From a virus (taxonomy: Duplodnaviria > Caudoviricetes), in IMG/VR virus record IMGVR_UViG_3300029288_000057, positions 64,001 through 128,000 of that record: 64,000 nucleotides of DNA. One strand, given 5' to 3'. Positions 1 through 9,364 of the stretch are shown here, piece by piece. The notes below the pieces were generated by a model. It had not been told where the DNA came from, did not search any database, and was given only the letters and a program-made list of their open reading frames with translations. How positions within the stretch are numbered: position 1 is the first letter of the stretch; each line of letters starts with the position of its first letter. The translations under genes were made by a program, and so were the position numbers.

Positions 1-227
1 CCACAGTCACAAATGTAACCGTACACATGGTTATATTCCATTGCTCCAATCAAAACAAGCCATCCACTTGCTTGGTTTACGTTGTCACGGATTTGTTTTC
101 TTTTAACAAGGTTTAAGAATTTACGAAGAGTGGGGAGCGTTCCTTTGGGATAACCGTCTGAATGACGATAAAAATGAATTGTGTCTCCATTTTCATCTAT
201 TAGTACTATTCCTGCTCGTGTACTCAT
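1..227 (-). CDS. Conserved phage hypothetical protein (MSTRAGI...FYRHSDGYP), runs off the window edge
   Basis: Hand-translated open frame from ATG at 227; YxHxDGYP motif typical of a common phage family; not in ORF track. Confidence 0.7.
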   Translation of the reverse strand, partial: MSTRAGIVLIDENGDTIHFYRHSDGYPKGTLPTLRKFLNLVKRKQIRDNVNQASGWLVLIGAMEYNHVYGYICDC

Positions 228-918
228 GGTTCTTGTTTTTGGTTATTAATTTATTATATAAAGCCATAGGTTTTGAAAAGAGGGAGAGTTTGCATTCGTC
301 CCAAAGTTTTTTTAGTGCCAGTTTATTCAAATAAGCCTCACTTCTTTTTACATACTTTTCATCGACATCTGAACCAATACGAACAGAAAGCCCAATATGT
401 ATTATTCCTATTTCCACATCTGTTAAAACTTTTCTTGCCAATGCAAAAATATATTTGTCGGCAGATTCTTCACTGGTATCATTATAATATTCAAAACAAA
501 AGTGGTGCCCTAATTCGTGAGCAAGCACATACGTTTCACTATATCCTTCTCTATTTGAAAAGGTCGGAAGCACAACGTGAATTTTTGGGAATTCTTTAGA
601 TATTCTGTTGAGGGGAGTGTTGTATTCTTTGGTAAGATGTTGATAAGCCCCCGCCGCATTTCTTTCGCTTTCATTTTCACAAACCGCCTCATTCAACTCT
701 TTGGTGTTATTGTAATAGCGAACATATATTAGTTCCTGACGGCAAATCTTTATTAGTTCATCATAAAACTTTTTAAGAACCCTTCTTTCTTCTTCGCCTT
801 CAATGAAAAATTTCTTTTCAAATTTTTTTAAGGAAAAATGATTAATAGCAAGTGCAATAAAAGCCAATACAAAAAGTATTGAGGAGAAGATAACCATTGT
901 AAAGGGAAGGATAGCCAT
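193..918 (-). CDS. Membrane-anchored ImmA/IrrE-like zinc metallopeptidase
   Basis: N-terminal TM segment; LAHELGHH followed by EESADKY. Confidence 0.65.
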   Translation of the reverse strand: MAILPFTMVIFSSILFVLAFIALAINHFSLKKFEKKFFIEGEEERRVLKKFYDELIKICRQELIYVRYYNNTKELNEAVCENESERNAAGAYQHLTKEYNTPLNRISKEFPKIHVVLPTFSNREGYSETYVLAHELGHHFCFEYYNDTSEESADKYIFALARKVLTDVEIGIIHIGLSVRIGSDVDEKYVKRSEAYLNKLALKKLWDECKLSLFSKPMALYNKLITKNKNHEYTSRNSTNR

Positions 919-924
919 TATAAA

Positions 925-1038
925 TTACCAGTATTTATAAACGAAGTGAATTACACAATAAATTATTCCAATGACTATTGCAATATCAACAAGGACAAAT
1001 AACGCCCAAAAAGCAATTATAAGTTTTCTTTTTTTCAT
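925..1038 (-). CDS. Small membrane protein, 37 aa
   Basis: MKKRKLIIAFWALFVLVDIAIVIGIIYCVIHFVYKYW directly downstream of cassette promoter at ~1066-1098. Confidence 0.65.
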   Translation of the reverse strand: MKKRKLIIAFWALFVLVDIAIVIGIIYCVIHFVYKYW

Positions 1039-1101
1039 AACAAGTGTTTTATTGTGTTATACGATTATATAAAGTAAAAGTTTTGAGAAAGAAGGGAGAC
1101 T

Positions 1102-1329
1102 TTAGTTATATTTCTCATATAATTTTTTGCCTTTGTTCCAGGAGGTTATTGAAGTATAAAAGTCGGCTCCAGTTTCATTACACAATTCTTTGAGCTTCAT
1201 GTATTGGTCTTTTATCACAACTTCAATTTCTTCTTCATTAACTTCATCAATGAATCCAATGGGGTCAGATGCGAACATGGATATTGTGTATTCAACACAT
1301 TCTTTTGTAGTAGTCAATATTCTTTTCAT
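1102..1329 (-). CDS. Hypothetical early protein
   Basis: ORF fills one promoter-bounded cassette. Confidence 0.75.
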   Translation of the reverse strand: MKRILTTTKECVEYTISMFASDPIGFIDEVNEEEIEVVIKDQYMKLKELCNETGADFYTSITSWNKGKKLYEKYN

Positions 1330-1386
1330 TTTATGATTCTTTGATTATGAATATATAAAGAAAGGGTTCAGGAAAGAGGGAGAGTT

Positions 1387-1638
1387 TTAAGAGCCATGAA
1401 TACCCTTAATGGTCACTTGGTCGCTCATATCAGCACCTGTCAAATTTATCTTTTTTTCAATATCAATCAGGAATGACCAATGCAATAAATCAAGGTCTTC
1501 ATCATTCTGAGCTTGAAAATAATCTGGCACTTGCCACAAAACTGTTTCGGGGCAAGCAAGAATTTCTTCTACAGTGCTGTTTTGGTTAATGTTGTTTCCA
1601 GTTTCGGTTGGAACAACTGCAACTCTAAAATCTTTCAT
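1387..1638 (-). CDS. Hypothetical early protein
   Basis: Cassette ORF. Confidence 0.75.
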   Translation of the reverse strand: MKDFRVAVVPTETGNNINQNSTVEEILACPETVLWQVPDYFQAQNDEDLDLLHWSFLIDIEKKINLTGADMSDQVTIKGIHGS

Positions 1639-1694
1639 GACTTTGTTTTTGGTTTATAACAAATATATAAAGCGAATTTATTTGGAAAGAGGGA

Positions 1695-2021
1695 TTATTC
1701 TTTTGAGCATTCCTCAACAAGTTTTTTCTCTAGCTTTTTTGCCATTTTTATATAGGTTTCTTCAGCCTTGTTTGCTCTCTTCTTTGCATCCTCCAGCTCC
1801 TTCCTTGTTGCCCATAAAGTCTTGTCAGAAAACATCATAAACATCCATATCATTAAATAATAACTAAAAGCAAATATACCAATTACTATTGCAACTCTGA
1901 TTGGTGTATTTATTACCACTGGCTCAGGCAAGGTCAATAAAGTTATCAATCCAAGTACTGCGAAAAATGAAGGAATGAAACATATAAGCCCCACAGTCCT
2001 TAAGAATTTCTTTGTTATCAT
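1695..2021 (-). CDS. Two-TM membrane protein with C-terminal coiled coil
   Basis: Two hydrophobic segments; cassette ORF. Confidence 0.75.
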   Translation of the reverse strand: MITKKFLRTVGLICFIPSFFAVLGLITLLTLPEPVVINTPIRVAIVIGIFAFSYYLMIWMFMMFSDKTLWATRKELEDAKKRANKAEETYIKMAKKLEKKLVEECSKE

Positions 2022-2082
2022 GGTTTTTTGTTTTTTGATTTAATAAATATATAAAGAAAGAATTTCAGAAAAGAGGGAGACT

Positions 2083-2436
2083 TTAACCTCTCGGTTCGTG
2101 TTTAAAACAACTTAAGAAATAATCAATTGTAGGTTCAACAACATCTACGAACACGGTTTCTTCTCTGTGGCTTCGTGGAGTGATTCTCTTTACTGCTTTT
2201 TTTCCTGTGCAAGATTGACCGTTTAAATTACCTGTATAGAAACGCAAGGCACAGCTTTCATCATTTGCAAGTTGCAACAAATGTTCTTTGTTCTCAATAA
2301 AATATGCACCCTCGTAAACGTGCAACCAACTCCTATACACATTAATCCTGATAACTTCTTTACCATTATGTTCACTGGCTTCCGCCTCGAATGTATGTTC
2401 ACCCCAATGGGCAACTTTTCCTTTTATTTGTTCCAT
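2083..2436 (-). CDS. Hypothetical early protein
   Basis: Cassette ORF. Confidence 0.75.
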   Translation of the reverse strand: MEQIKGKVAHWGEHTFEAEASEHNGKEVIRINVYRSWLHVYEGAYFIENKEHLLQLANDESCALRFYTGNLNGQSCTGKKAVKRITPRSHREETVFVDVVEPTIDYFLSCFKHEPRG

Positions 2437-2446
2437 CGTGTTTGGT

Positions 2447-2674
2447 TTATAGTTGGGATTTTTCTGTTAATATTATTTTTCTAAACAGCAAAACTTTGCT
2501 TGCACTTTCAGGCATAACTCTTAAACGCTCTTTAATAGCAATAAATTCATCTTCACTCTTAGCCGTCTTTAGCATATCATCGACTATTTTTTCAAAGTGT
2601 GCATTCATTTCATCCTCGGCTTCTTTGAGTTCTAATCGCTTTCTTTTATATTGCTCTATTAATTTAGCTTCCAT
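2447..2674 (-). CDS. Hypothetical early protein (helical)
   Basis: Cassette ORF. Confidence 0.75.
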   Translation of the reverse strand: MEAKLIEQYKRKRLELKEAEDEMNAHFEKIVDDMLKTAKSEDEFIAIKERLRVMPESASKVLLFRKIILTEKSQL

Positions 2675-2729
2675 TTATCTTATTTTTTATATAAAGAAAT
2701 AATTTTAGAAAAGAGGGAGAGTTGTCTTT

Positions 2730-3596
2730 TTAAGGTTTCTTCCCGAACATATTTTTAAATGACTCTTCAAACGCTTCATTTTGTTTTTCCACTTTTTTAA
2801 CTTCTTCGGGAAAGATTGAACCGTAATACCAACGGGTTAATGAATAAACATCTTGCCAACTTTTACTATCAGCACCATTTGTTCCCTTTAGAATTAAGCC
2901 AACCCCGTGATAATATTCATCTTTAAGGTCTGTTTTAACGTCTAACACTTTGTGAGTGCCTAACATTTCACCTTTCTTAATAGTTTTAATCTTTTCAAAC
3001 ATATCCGTTTGGGCAAAGAGTTCCAAATACTTTCCGAACAACTCTTCAAGGCAGAAAATAAAATCATCAATGCTACTGAAATACTCTCCACCATTCCAAA
3101 CATTTTTTATTTTAATGTATTTTTCTCTTTTAAATGAAAAGTCATTCCACAGACTATGTATATTTCCTTCTCCAATGAAATCCATTAGAGCTACAATGTA
3201 TTTGTTTAAATCGTAAAATTCATTATCACACCTTGCGTCTGATTCATCATCTGACAACATATCACTGTCTGTGTTGAATGTAAAACAACCAAGTTTTGTG
3301 CCGTATCTATCCTCTTTTACAACCTTTGTGAAAATGGTAAAATGGCTTTGATACTGGCGTAAAATGAAAATTACATTGTCTTTCTGAATGATTGCCCAGT
3401 TATAGTTTTTTCCTTTGTTCCATTTCAATTTGCTCAAATCTTTTTTGAGTTTCTGTACTGGCAATTTTGTAAGGAGATAATCAAATGCAGATTTAAGCTT
3501 TTCACACAACTTTAAATCATAATACATGTGCATTGTTATATCGTTTTTGTCAAATTTAAAAACGTCGTGCTTGGTAAAATACATATTCTTTGACAT
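2730..3596 (-). CDS. Hypothetical early protein, 288 aa
   Basis: Long cassette ORF. Confidence 0.8.
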   Translation of the reverse strand: MSKNMYFTKHDVFKFDKNDITMHMYYDLKLCEKLKSAFDYLLTKLPVQKLKKDLSKLKWNKGKNYNWAIIQKDNVIFILRQYQSHFTIFTKVVKEDRYGTKLGCFTFNTDSDMLSDDESDARCDNEFYDLNKYIVALMDFIGEGNIHSLWNDFSFKREKYIKIKNVWNGGEYFSSIDDFIFCLEELFGKYLELFAQTDMFEKIKTIKKGEMLGTHKVLDVKTDLKDEYYHGVGLILKGTNGADSKSWQDVYSLTRWYYGSIFPEEVKKVEKQNEAFEESFKNMFGKKP

Positions 3597-3657
3597 AATA
3601 GTTTATTTTTGGTTATACGAATATATAAAGAAAGAATTTTGAGAAAGAGGGGAACTC

Positions 3658-4704
3658 TTACTCTGTTCCCAGAACCTGTATGTTGCCATTTTTAAATCCT
3701 GCTTTTCCCAATATTGAAAACATTTTAGCAATCATTTTATAGCTTTCAGCTTCGCTGTCTTTGTCGGTTAAATCAAAGCCCTCACCTGAAAATCCATCCA
3801 TAAGACTGGCGGGAGACATTTTATAATCCAAAAATCTTTCGACATTAACAGGACGGACAAAAGATTCAGCTTTAAACCATTTTTCAGGTTTTCTGTTTCC
3901 AATATTAAAAATATACATTTCGTTGTCCTGTATGGTCTCTTTTAAAAGCACGGCTTCAATTTCTTTTAGGTTTCTCAACCTTGCGTCTATATATTCTATC
4001 ATATCACCGTAGCCGTTGCCAACTCCAATGTCATTTTTAAAAAATTCATTTTTGAAATCTGTATGTTTCAGTTTTTTCAAAATGTTTCCTTTGAACTCTT
4101 TTGAAAGTAACATTCTCATTGAGTAGCTTTGTATATCTTCAATCATATCCTGAATGATTGGGAGTACCTTTCCATTCTTAATTTTGAGAGGACAGAGCAA
4201 AAATTCGCCCTCGTCTGAAAGAGTAATTAAGGCAGAAGGAACTTTTTTAGATATTTCTATCAGTGCTTTAAAAACGAGCAAGCTGTTAAATTCATTGCCC
4301 TGTGTCTTTGTGAAGCCGTGAAACTCATTGTCCCCCTTGTCATGTGCAAGAATATATCCTTTTTTCTCCATTTCAAAAACAGCGTCAATAAAACTGCCCG
4401 TTTCCTTTTCGGCTTTTTCCATGAGCTGATTAATCAAAGCCCAACCTGCCTCTGAACCGCCTCCATTTGTCTTTGTAACGAGTTTTACAGCGTTATTTTC
4501 CCAGTTGGGATAGTAATTACCCACACCAAGCCAAAAGTTCTCACAAGTCCAAAGATTCTTTAGTTTGGTTTTGTAAGTAGTATTAATTTCTTTTAACAAA
4601 CCTTTTGAATTGTAAAAAGTAGAAACCTGATACATGGATTCAAGTTCTTTGCGTGTGAAATTTCCTTTGTCACGCTTTATTGTGTAGTGGAGTGTCCTGC
4701 CCAT
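3658..4704 (-). CDS. Hypothetical early protein, 348 aa (MGRTLHY...FTKTQ...SDEGE)
   Basis: Long cassette ORF. Confidence 0.8.
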   Translation of the reverse strand: MGRTLHYTIKRDKGNFTRKELESMYQVSTFYNSKGLLKEINTTYKTKLKNLWTCENFWLGVGNYYPNWENNAVKLVTKTNGGGSEAGWALINQLMEKAEKETGSFIDAVFEMEKKGYILAHDKGDNEFHGFTKTQGNEFNSLLVFKALIEISKKVPSALITLSDEGEFLLCPLKIKNGKVLPIIQDMIEDIQSYSMRMLLSKEFKGNILKKLKHTDFKNEFFKNDIGVGNGYGDMIEYIDARLRNLKEIEAVLLKETIQDNEMYIFNIGNRKPEKWFKAESFVRPVNVERFLDYKMSPASLMDGFSGEGFDLTDKDSEAESYKMIAKMFSILGKAGFKNGNIQVLGTE

Positions 4705-4762
4705 AGCATTGTTTTTTGGTTTACAAACATATAAAGAAATCTTTAATAAAAAGAGGGGGCTT

Positions 4763-5254
4763 TTACCAAAACCCTATATAAATTTCTGTATCGCCACAAT
4801 TAAGAATAGCATCATAAAATCCGTTTATCTTTTCCAATTCACACTTAATGGCTTCTTTATTTTCTTTTGAGAATATCTCACTGGGAGTTCCGCCAAGCAT
4901 AGAAATAAGATTCTTAAACATATTGTGCTTTTCATCTTGTGAATAACTCCCAATCTGACTACTTATCCCTTCATCAGACCCCAAATAATTTAACTTTTCC
5001 TTAGCAAGATTAATCTGTTCAGTAGAAAAAACCTCGTCCCCTCCGTCTCCGCTGCATCCACTGTTAAACTTTTGTGCATCCAAACTTTCATAAAACAAAA
5101 ATTGACCAACGACATTGCCTGCTGAAAAACGAACGTAAGCAACTTCTTCGCCGACCTCAACTCCATTGCTAAGCCTAATCACATCATCATCGTGCGATTT
5201 CTCTTCAAAAGGAAGTCTTACTTTAAATCTGCGTGCTGAAATATCGTGTCCCAT
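4763..5254 (-). CDS. Hypothetical early protein
   Basis: Cassette ORF. Confidence 0.8.
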   Translation of the reverse strand: MGHDISARRFKVRLPFEEKSHDDDVIRLSNGVEVGEEVAYVRFSAGNVVGQFLFYESLDAQKFNSGCSGDGGDEVFSTEQINLAKEKLNYLGSDEGISSQIGSYSQDEKHNMFKNLISMLGGTPSEIFSKENKEAIKCELEKINGFYDAILNCGDTEIYIGFW

Positions 5255-5451
5255 TTGTTTTGGTTTATACGAATATATAAAGCAAAAGTTTTAAAAAAGA
5301 GGGAAAGTTATACTGGTCAACCACACGCATCCCACCGTTTTATTGTCTCAAGTTTTCTCCAGTGCAAACGACTTTTTAAGTCTCCTGTGTAATCATTTTC
5401 AACTCACACGCCAAAGCCTTGTCCGTTGTGTATAACGAATATTTTTTAAAG

Positions 5452-5682
5452 CTAAAATCTTCGGGGGTAATTATTAAGGGCTTCATTCATTTTACTCATC
5501 CAATTAACTTGTTTTCCATCTGACGAATAAAACACCTTATACTGCGGAAAGAAATGGAATACCTCATTATAAGTTCTATAACGTTCCACCTTTTCTTTAA
5601 CTCCAAATAACCCTTGAAGCCAGTTCGGTATTTTTGTTACGTAGTAAACATTTTCCTTTAGTTCTATTTTTCCAATTTTCAT
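5452..5682 (-). CDS. Hypothetical protein
   Basis: ORF with A-rich leader. Confidence 0.7.
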   Translation of the reverse strand: MKIGKIELKENVYYVTKIPNWLQGLFGVKEKVERYRTYNEVFHFFPQYKVFYSSDGKQVNWMSKMNEALNNYPRRF

Positions 5683-5701
5683 AACTTTGTTTTTTAGTTT
5701 A

Positions 5702-5983
5702 TTAATAGAGACAAGTTTCAGAAACTCTTATTTGTCTTATTTCAGCTTCTCCATCTGTGTTATATTCTACATTAATTATTACACTTCCTCCATATTTAAA
5801 GTTTTCTGATATTGAAAGTGTGTCAACATTGGTAATTTCATCATTAGCCCCAAGGCAAAGCATATCTGTTAACGCTTTTGTAAGTTTAACATTAAGCTTT
5901 TTATCAGAGGTGGCTTGAATAACAGACGTGTTGCTGCTGTTGTCACTATCAACTTCTTCGACTAAAAAAAATCTCTTTTCCAT
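5702..5983 (-). CDS. Hypothetical early protein
   Basis: Cassette ORF. Confidence 0.75.
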   Translation of the reverse strand: MEKRFFLVEEVDSDNSSNTSVIQATSDKKLNVKLTKALTDMLCLGANDEITNVDTLSISENFKYGGSVIINVEYNTDGEAEIRQIRVSETCLY

Positions 5984-6043
5984 AACTTTAAATTTTATTG
6001 GTTTATGATATTATAAAGAAAAATTTTTAAAAAGAGGGAGAGT

Positions 6044-6205
6044 TTATTCAATCAATTTAAAATTAGTCTTATCTATATTCCAAAATTTATCAACATAGTT
6101 TTTTTGATATTCCCAACCAATGTGAAAAGTGGTGCCAGCCCCATAGTGATAAGTTTGCAAACAATAGTAGTAGGGCTTTTTTAAATCGTTTATCATTGTA
6201 CTCAT
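6044..6205 (-). CDS. Small hypothetical protein, 53 aa
   Basis: Hand-translated MSTMINDLKKPYYY...FKLIE exactly fills the cassette between promoters at 6228 and 6008. Confidence 0.65.
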   Translation of the reverse strand: MSTMINDLKKPYYYCLQTYHYGAGTTFHIGWEYQKNYVDKFWNIDKTNFKLIE

Positions 6206-6289
6206 GATTTTAAGATTTTTGGTTACAAATACATAAAGAAATTAAACAAAAAAGAGGGGGAGACGTTTCCGTTTCCCCCTCCCTCAGTT

Positions 6290-6520
6290 TTATTTTACGG
6301 CCAGCGGTCTTTTTGCTGTTGCCTTTTTGTTTTTGCGAATCGTTTTCCACGCTTTTAAAGCACGTTCACGGTTCTTTCTCTTTCTTTCATTGGCGTGTCG
6401 TGTTACCCAGGCAGCACGAGCAGCAGCACTTCTTTTTTCAGCTCTTGCCCGTTCATTCTTTTTACGAGTGGCAGCAGCCTTGAGCGCAATTTTAGAAAGT
6501 TCTTCTTTTGTTTTCTTCAT
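6290..6520 (-). CDS. Small highly basic K/R/A-rich repeat protein, putative nucleic-acid binding
   Basis: Three repeats ALKAAATR/ARAAWVTR/ALKAWKTI; ECF-like promoter at 6559-6585. Confidence 0.65.
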   Translation of the reverse strand: MKKTKEELSKIALKAAATRKKNERARAEKRSAAARAAWVTRHANERKRKNRERALKAWKTIRKNKKATAKRPLAVK

Positions 6521-6639
6521 GATTGTCTTTTATTAATTAATTAATATTGAGACTGGTTTATACGAATCTAATTTAAAAAGGTTACATATAATAAAAAAAG
6601 GGGAGAGTTTCACCCACCCCCATTCTATAAATATTGTTC

Positions 6640-7551
6640 TTATTTTATGCGTTTCACAACCATTAGAAGCATGGGAGGGTTTTCTAAGCCGTCTTTGTAA
6701 GAAAGGTAATTGATACGTTTGAAATTGCCAAACTTGCTCATAAAACTACTCATTGCACTTAGCGTTTTAGACTCTTCTCTTTTGTATTTTCTCTCCCCAT
6801 TCAGCCTGTCAATAATATTTACTTCTCCTTCTTTGCTTCTACCATAACGCTGACTGAAAGTGAAAGAAATTGTACCGCCCCTTTTTACAATTTTATGTTT
6901 CATTGCAGTTGTAAGGTCTTTGTTTATACTTTCAAAAGAAGCGCAATAATCGAGCAATAAATGAGAGTATTTGTCAGCTTTTGATTCTGCAATCATATCC
7001 GAAATGTTTTCAGAAATCGTTGCTACTGGCAACCCATCTTTTAAAATGGTGCGCATCATTTTTACTTTTGTGCTTGGTTCAATTTCGGCAACGTCAAACT
7101 TGAAGTGCTTAGAAACTTCATTGACAATCTTTTTTTCCAAAATGCACTTGGCAGCGGGTAAAGACAAGATTTTGCCTTCTACAAGTCCACTTTCTTTGAT
7201 AGACTCCGCCATCATATTCCTTGCAATTTCTTTCTTCTCTCCAAAGTAATTGCCAAATGAAGCTTTTTTAACCCTTTTACGAGTTCTTTTTGGCTTTTGG
7301 GACTTTGCTATGTCTGTCAAAAGAAAATCGTTGCTAATAACCCCTAAGCGTTTTAAAGCAGCAATACACCCCGCAATTCTGATAGGTTTTATTTTTAACC
7401 TCTTTGCCATTTTTTCATTGCTCATTTCTGAACCATTGGCAAGTACAAAATCACGAACGGTATCGATGGAAACAACTTTTTGAGGTCTACCAACTTTTCG
7501 AGGTGGTAACTTCTTTGCTTTCCTTACTGATAATTTTTTATTTTTTGCCAT
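6640..7551 (-). CDS. HTH plus methyltransferase-like Rossmann domain protein
   Basis: N-terminal basic/HTH-like segment; ILSLPA...VAEIE...LLLDYC resembles class I MTase strands. Confidence 0.45.
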   Translation of the reverse strand: MAKNKKLSVRKAKKLPPRKVGRPQKVVSIDTVRDFVLANGSEMSNEKMAKRLKIKPIRIAGCIAALKRLGVISNDFLLTDIAKSQKPKRTRKRVKKASFGNYFGEKKEIARNMMAESIKESGLVEGKILSLPAAKCILEKKIVNEVSKHFKFDVAEIEPSTKVKMMRTILKDGLPVATISENISDMIAESKADKYSHLLLDYCASFESINKDLTTAMKHKIVKRGGTISFTFSQRYGRSKEGEVNIIDRLNGERKYKREESKTLSAMSSFMSKFGNFKRINYLSYKDGLENPPMLLMVVKRIK

Positions 7552-7607
7552 TGTTTTAGTTTTTTGGTTATAAACATATAAAGAAACTCGTTTGTGAAAG
7601 AGGGGAT

Positions 7608-7772
7608 AAAAAAATGGGAGGTTCAGGCCTCCCAGTTTTTATGAAGTGTGGGGCTCTAACCCACGCAAAACAATTCCTGAATCTTTTTATAAAAGCGAGA
7701 GAATCTAACTCCCCAACGGCTGCCTGCACTTTCAAAATTCAAGGAACAAAAATCTGTTTCGGTTTTTCTTTC
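7608..7772 (-). ncRNA. Putative structured small RNA cassette
   Basis: Own promoter (7778-7810) and terminator (7608-7640), no ATG inside, long stem and two 7-nt TTAGANN-loop hairpins. Confidence 0.5.
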
Positions 7773-7829
7773 TTCGAATATATAAAGAGTTTTATTTTGA
7801 AAAGAAGGGCTCTCCGTTGTCACTGCAGT

Positions 7830-7870
7830 AAAAAAGAGAAAAGGGCTCCTTGGGAGGGAACCCTTTCTCA
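7830..7870 (-). terminator. Intrinsic terminator
   Basis: GAGAAAGGGTTCC...GGAGCCCTTTTCTC followed by T run on minus strand. Confidence 0.7.
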
Positions 7871-7926
7871 CTTGTTAAACCACATATGTTAAACCACAAA
7901 CATATGTCAGAATATATTCAAGGACC

Positions 7927-8211
7927 TTAGCCTTTTTTTCCAAATTTATTGTGACATTCCTGCCAGAGGCTGTTAAGTTCATTCTCTGTCATTTCTTTTA
8001 CTCCGTCACTTAATTTACTTACAAGCATTTTAACATAATTCACTTCCATTCTTATTTTCTCTTCCTGTCCTTGGAACCTTAACATTTCCTGTACATCACT
8101 AAGGTGAGAAAAAATTGCCATCTTTAGGCTTAGCTTTAATGTAGCTTTTATTTCTTCGTCAGATTCACCCTCAAATTCTGTGTATGCATCGTTTTTAATT
8201 AAATCAGCCAT
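7927..8211 (-). CDS. Hypothetical early protein
   Basis: Cassette ORF. Confidence 0.75.
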   Translation of the reverse strand: MADLIKNDAYTEFEGESDEEIKATLKLSLKMAIFSHLSDVQEMLRFQGQEEKIRMEVNYVKMLVSKLSDGVKEMTENELNSLWQECHNKFGKKG

Positions 8212-8261
8212 AGTACTTTGTTTTGATTGTATAAAGCCTTTTGTTAAGAAAGAAGGAGTTT

Positions 8262-8474
8262 TTATCCCAAAACAATTCCTCTTATATCCAACTCCCTTTG
8301 CAACGCTTCTTTATCATGACAAGCGGCAACTCTGTCATAAGTGGGAATCCCGAACATAACATAATCATAACAAAGGATATATCCCATATAAGGCTTGCCC
8401 TCATAATAATAAATTCTGTTTTCAACTGACCATCCACATCCGTGGAAAAGAAAATGTATAAATCTTTTTAACAT
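8262..8474 (-). CDS. Hypothetical protein
   Basis: Second ORF of cassette. Confidence 0.7.
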   Translation of the reverse strand: MLKRFIHFLFHGCGWSVENRIYYYEGKPYMGYILCYDYVMFGIPTYDRVAACHDKEALQRELDIRGIVLG

Positions 8475-8493
8475 AACTTTGAGTTTTTATTGA

Positions 8494-8661
8494 TTATTTT
8501 CTGCGTTTTTTCTTGGGTGTAAAATTTGTGCATTTTCTTCGGTGCTTCTTTATTTTAGAATCAAAGTGTTTTGTAAGCGTGTCTGCGCTCTTCTCATAAT
8601 TGTATATGCGTATCGGCTCAGGCTCAAAAGCATTGTCTCTTATTTCCATTCTTATTTCCAT
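8494..8661 (-). CDS. Small basic protein, 55 aa (MEIRMEIRDNAF...KKRRK)
   Basis: Hand-translated; follows promoter at 8687. Confidence 0.6.
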   Translation of the reverse strand: MEIRMEIRDNAFEPEPIRIYNYEKSADTLTKHFDSKIKKHRRKCTNFTPKKKRRK

Positions 8662-8725
8662 AACGTTTTGTTTTTTGGTTTATAAACATATAAAGGAATC
8701 CATTCGGGGAAGAGGGGAACAGAGT

Positions 8726-9046
8726 TTACTTCAATCCCAAAATCTCTCTTATTCTTTCTGCAACAATGGGGTCTTTACCTCCAATGTGCCAGTTGGTAAT
8801 TTCTTCAAGCTCTAACCCCTGTGCGCCTTTATAATTCTTGCCATCTTTCCAATTATAGATTGTGGCAACCTTGCGGTCAGGAAATTTAATAGACCACTCG
8901 GCATCCACCTTATATCCGTCTCCTCTTGAATAATCTGTGCCAAATGTTTCACACAGTTTTTTGAAAGATATTGATATTTCATCTATCAAACTTGTTCCAG
9001 TAGTGTCAATTTCTTTTCCGTTGCTTTCACGAAGTTTAAATTTCAT
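8726..9046 (-). CDS. Conserved phage hypothetical protein (GDGYKVDAEW...ATIYNWK...WHIGG)
   Basis: Recognisable phage family motifs; cassette ORF. Confidence 0.8.
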   Translation of the reverse strand: MKFKLRESNGKEIDTTGTSLIDEISISFKKLCETFGTDYSRGDGYKVDAEWSIKFPDRKVATIYNWKDGKNYKGAQGLELEEITNWHIGGKDPIVAERIREILGLK

Positions 9047-9108
9047 AGCGTTTGATTTTTATAATGATTTAAATATATAAAGCATTTCTGTCAGGAAAGA
9101 GGGAGAGT

Positions 9109-9360
9109 TTAAAACATTTCACTTCTGCACATTAAAATTTCCAACCGCCTGCCCACACCAACAAATAACACAGACACTCTCTTTGTTTCTCCGAAGGGAT
9201 AATCTTCCAAAGGATGAGTACCCTCAATAGCCATTTCACAATCAAAATGTGATTCACAAGCACGTTGCATGCCCAATTCTAAATCTACTTTGTTATTGGC
9301 TTGAACAGTTCCAATATGTTCGCCAGTAACTTCACGTAATGAATAATATCTGTAATCCAT
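9109..9360 (-). CDS. Hypothetical protein
   Basis: ORF in 3-gene cassette. Confidence 0.7.
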   Translation of the reverse strand: MDYRYYSLREVTGEHIGTVQANNKVDLELGMQRACESHFDCEMAIEGTHPLEDYPFGETKRVSVLFVGVGRRLEILMCRSEMF

Positions 9361-9364
9361 TTTA

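Noticed and set aside
7614-7892. ORFs 7614-7892(+) and 7656-7871(-)
   Set aside because: Cross a promoter and terminators; region better explained as an ncRNA cassette
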